From Arcobacteraceae bacterium (lineage in GTDB: Bacteria; Campylobacterota; Campylobacteria; Campylobacterales; Arcobacteraceae): a stretch of DNA of 64,000 nt. The notes under the pieces are model-generated. The model was not told the origin of the DNA. It ran no database searches and was given only the letters and a program-made list of their open reading frames with translations. Below, piece after piece: positions 62,824 through 64,000 of this stretch. The translations under genes were made by a program, and so were the position numbers. The stretch lies in contig JBLWVX010000002.1 in assembly GCA_048268245.1 (NCBI GenBank), positions 64,001 to 128,000 on the forward strand. The letters are read 5' to 3'. Position 1 is the stretch's first letter. Every line of letters begins with the position of its first letter.

Positions 62824-64000
62824 TTACTCTTTTACGAAGTAGTCCCCGTTGAAACTCTCTAAAGCATAATTTCTATCATTTCCAATTGCATTCGTTAAAT
62901 CATCAACAGAAAGGTATTTTAATGAATCAGCTTGAATATATTCACATACTTCATCAACTGACATATTATTTGAAATTAACTCTTCTTTATTTGGTGTATC
63001 AATACCATAGTAACAAGGGAATTTAATTTCAGGAGAAGCAACTCTAAAGTGAACTTCTTTTGCACCAGCATCTTTTAGCATTTTTACAATTCTTTTAGAT
63101 GTAGTTCCTCTTACAACCGAATCATCAATAACAAGTAATGATTTACCTGCAATAAGAGATTTCATTGGGCTTAATTTCATTCTAACTTTTAAGTTTCTCA
63201 TCTCTTGAGTTGGTTCAATAAATGTTCTTCCAACATAGTGATTTCTAATAATTCCATACTCAAAAGGAATACCACTTTGTGCTGCATATCCAAGTGCTGC
63301 TGGAACCCCTGAATCTGGAACAGGAACAACCATATCTACATTTATTTCTGACTTCTCATCATTTCTAGCAAGTGCTCTTCCCATGTTTTCTCTTGTTCTA
63401 TATACATTTTTACCATCAATAACTGAATCTGGTCTTGCAAAGTATACAAATTCAAAAGCACAAGGTCTATATTGACTTTCAAATAATTGAATTGATTCTG
63501 GTTCTTCTTTATCTTCACTAAAGATTAACATTTCTCCTGGGTTAACATCTCTTACAAACTGGGCATCTACTAAATCAAATGCACAAGTTTCAGATGCAAC
63601 AATATAACCACCTGATTTTAATTTTCCTAGAGATAATGGTCTTATACCATATCTATCTCTAATTACAAACTGTTTTGATCTTGATTGAACAATAAAACAA
63701 TAAGCTCCAATAGTTCTTGTTAAGGCTTCTTTAATTCTATCTCTTAGTCTATCTTTTGTATTTTTAGCGATTAAATGAATAAGGTTTTCTGTGTCCATTC
63801 CAGTTTGGAAAATAGCACCTTTGTCAATTAAGTCTTGTCTTACTTCTTGCTTGTTAATTAAATTACCATTATGAACAATTGATATTTCACCTAATTTATA
63901 CTTTGCAAATACTGGTTGTGCATCTAAAATAGAATCTCCACCTGCTGTAGAGTATCTATTATGACCAATTGCCATATTACCTTTTAGATATTGTAAAGCC
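62824..64000 (-). CDS. purF: Amidophosphoribosyltransferase, 5'-truncated by the window edge
   Basis: GHNRYST, HNGNL, CAFEFVYFARPDS, PDSG, DDSVVRGTT, YGID. Confidence 0.98.
   Translation of the reverse strand, partial: ALQYLKGNMAIGHNRYSTAGGDSILDAQPVFAKYKLGEISIVHNGNLINKQEVRQDLIDKGAIFQTGMDTENLIHLIAKNTKDRLRDRIKEALTRTIGAYCFIVQSRSKQFVIRDRYGIRPLSLGKLKSGGYIVASETCAFDLVDAQFVRDVNPGEMLIFSEDKEEPESIQLFESQYRPCAFEFVYFARPDSVIDGKNVYRTRENMGRALARNDEKSEINVDMVVPVPDSGVPAALGYAAQSGIPFEYGIIRNHYVGRTFIEPTQEMRNLKVRMKLSPMKSLIAGKSLLVIDDSVVRGTTSKRIVKMLKDAGAKEVHFRVASPEIKFPCYYGIDTPNKEELISNNMSVDEVCEYIQADSLKYLSVDDLTNAIGNDRNYALESFNGDYFVKE

Overview
AT-rich chromosomal backbone of a Campylobacterota (epsilonproteobacterial) bacterium. 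Gene content and order point to Arcobacteraceae, which is an inference. The window is densely coding with about 60 intact housekeeping genes: amino-acid, NAD, riboflavin, folate, queuosine, fatty-acid and lipid A synthesis, translation factors, the bc1 complex (petABC), the cbb3 oxidase (ccoNOQP plus accessory genes), split addA/addB, two porins and a heme-c diguanylate cyclase. I saw no rRNA, tRNA, CRISPR, prophage, transposase or defence island, and I cannot claim a clearly novel multi-gene system. The most interesting signals are small and mostly non-coding: (1) a ~127-bp ERIC-like palindromic element between efp and ribD; (2) a near-consensus Fur box with phased repeats and a possible divergent structured RNA upstream of ccoN; (3) a GC-rich multi-stem leader on the major porin gene; (4) a probable ATA start codon on the diguanylate cyclase; (5) a 30-aa membrane microprotein in the cco operon that the ORF track missed; (6) no csrA at its usual site between truB and ispE; (7) a microhomology-bounded 37/38-bp tandem duplication after plsY. 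All product calls come from recognising motifs by eye, with no database search.
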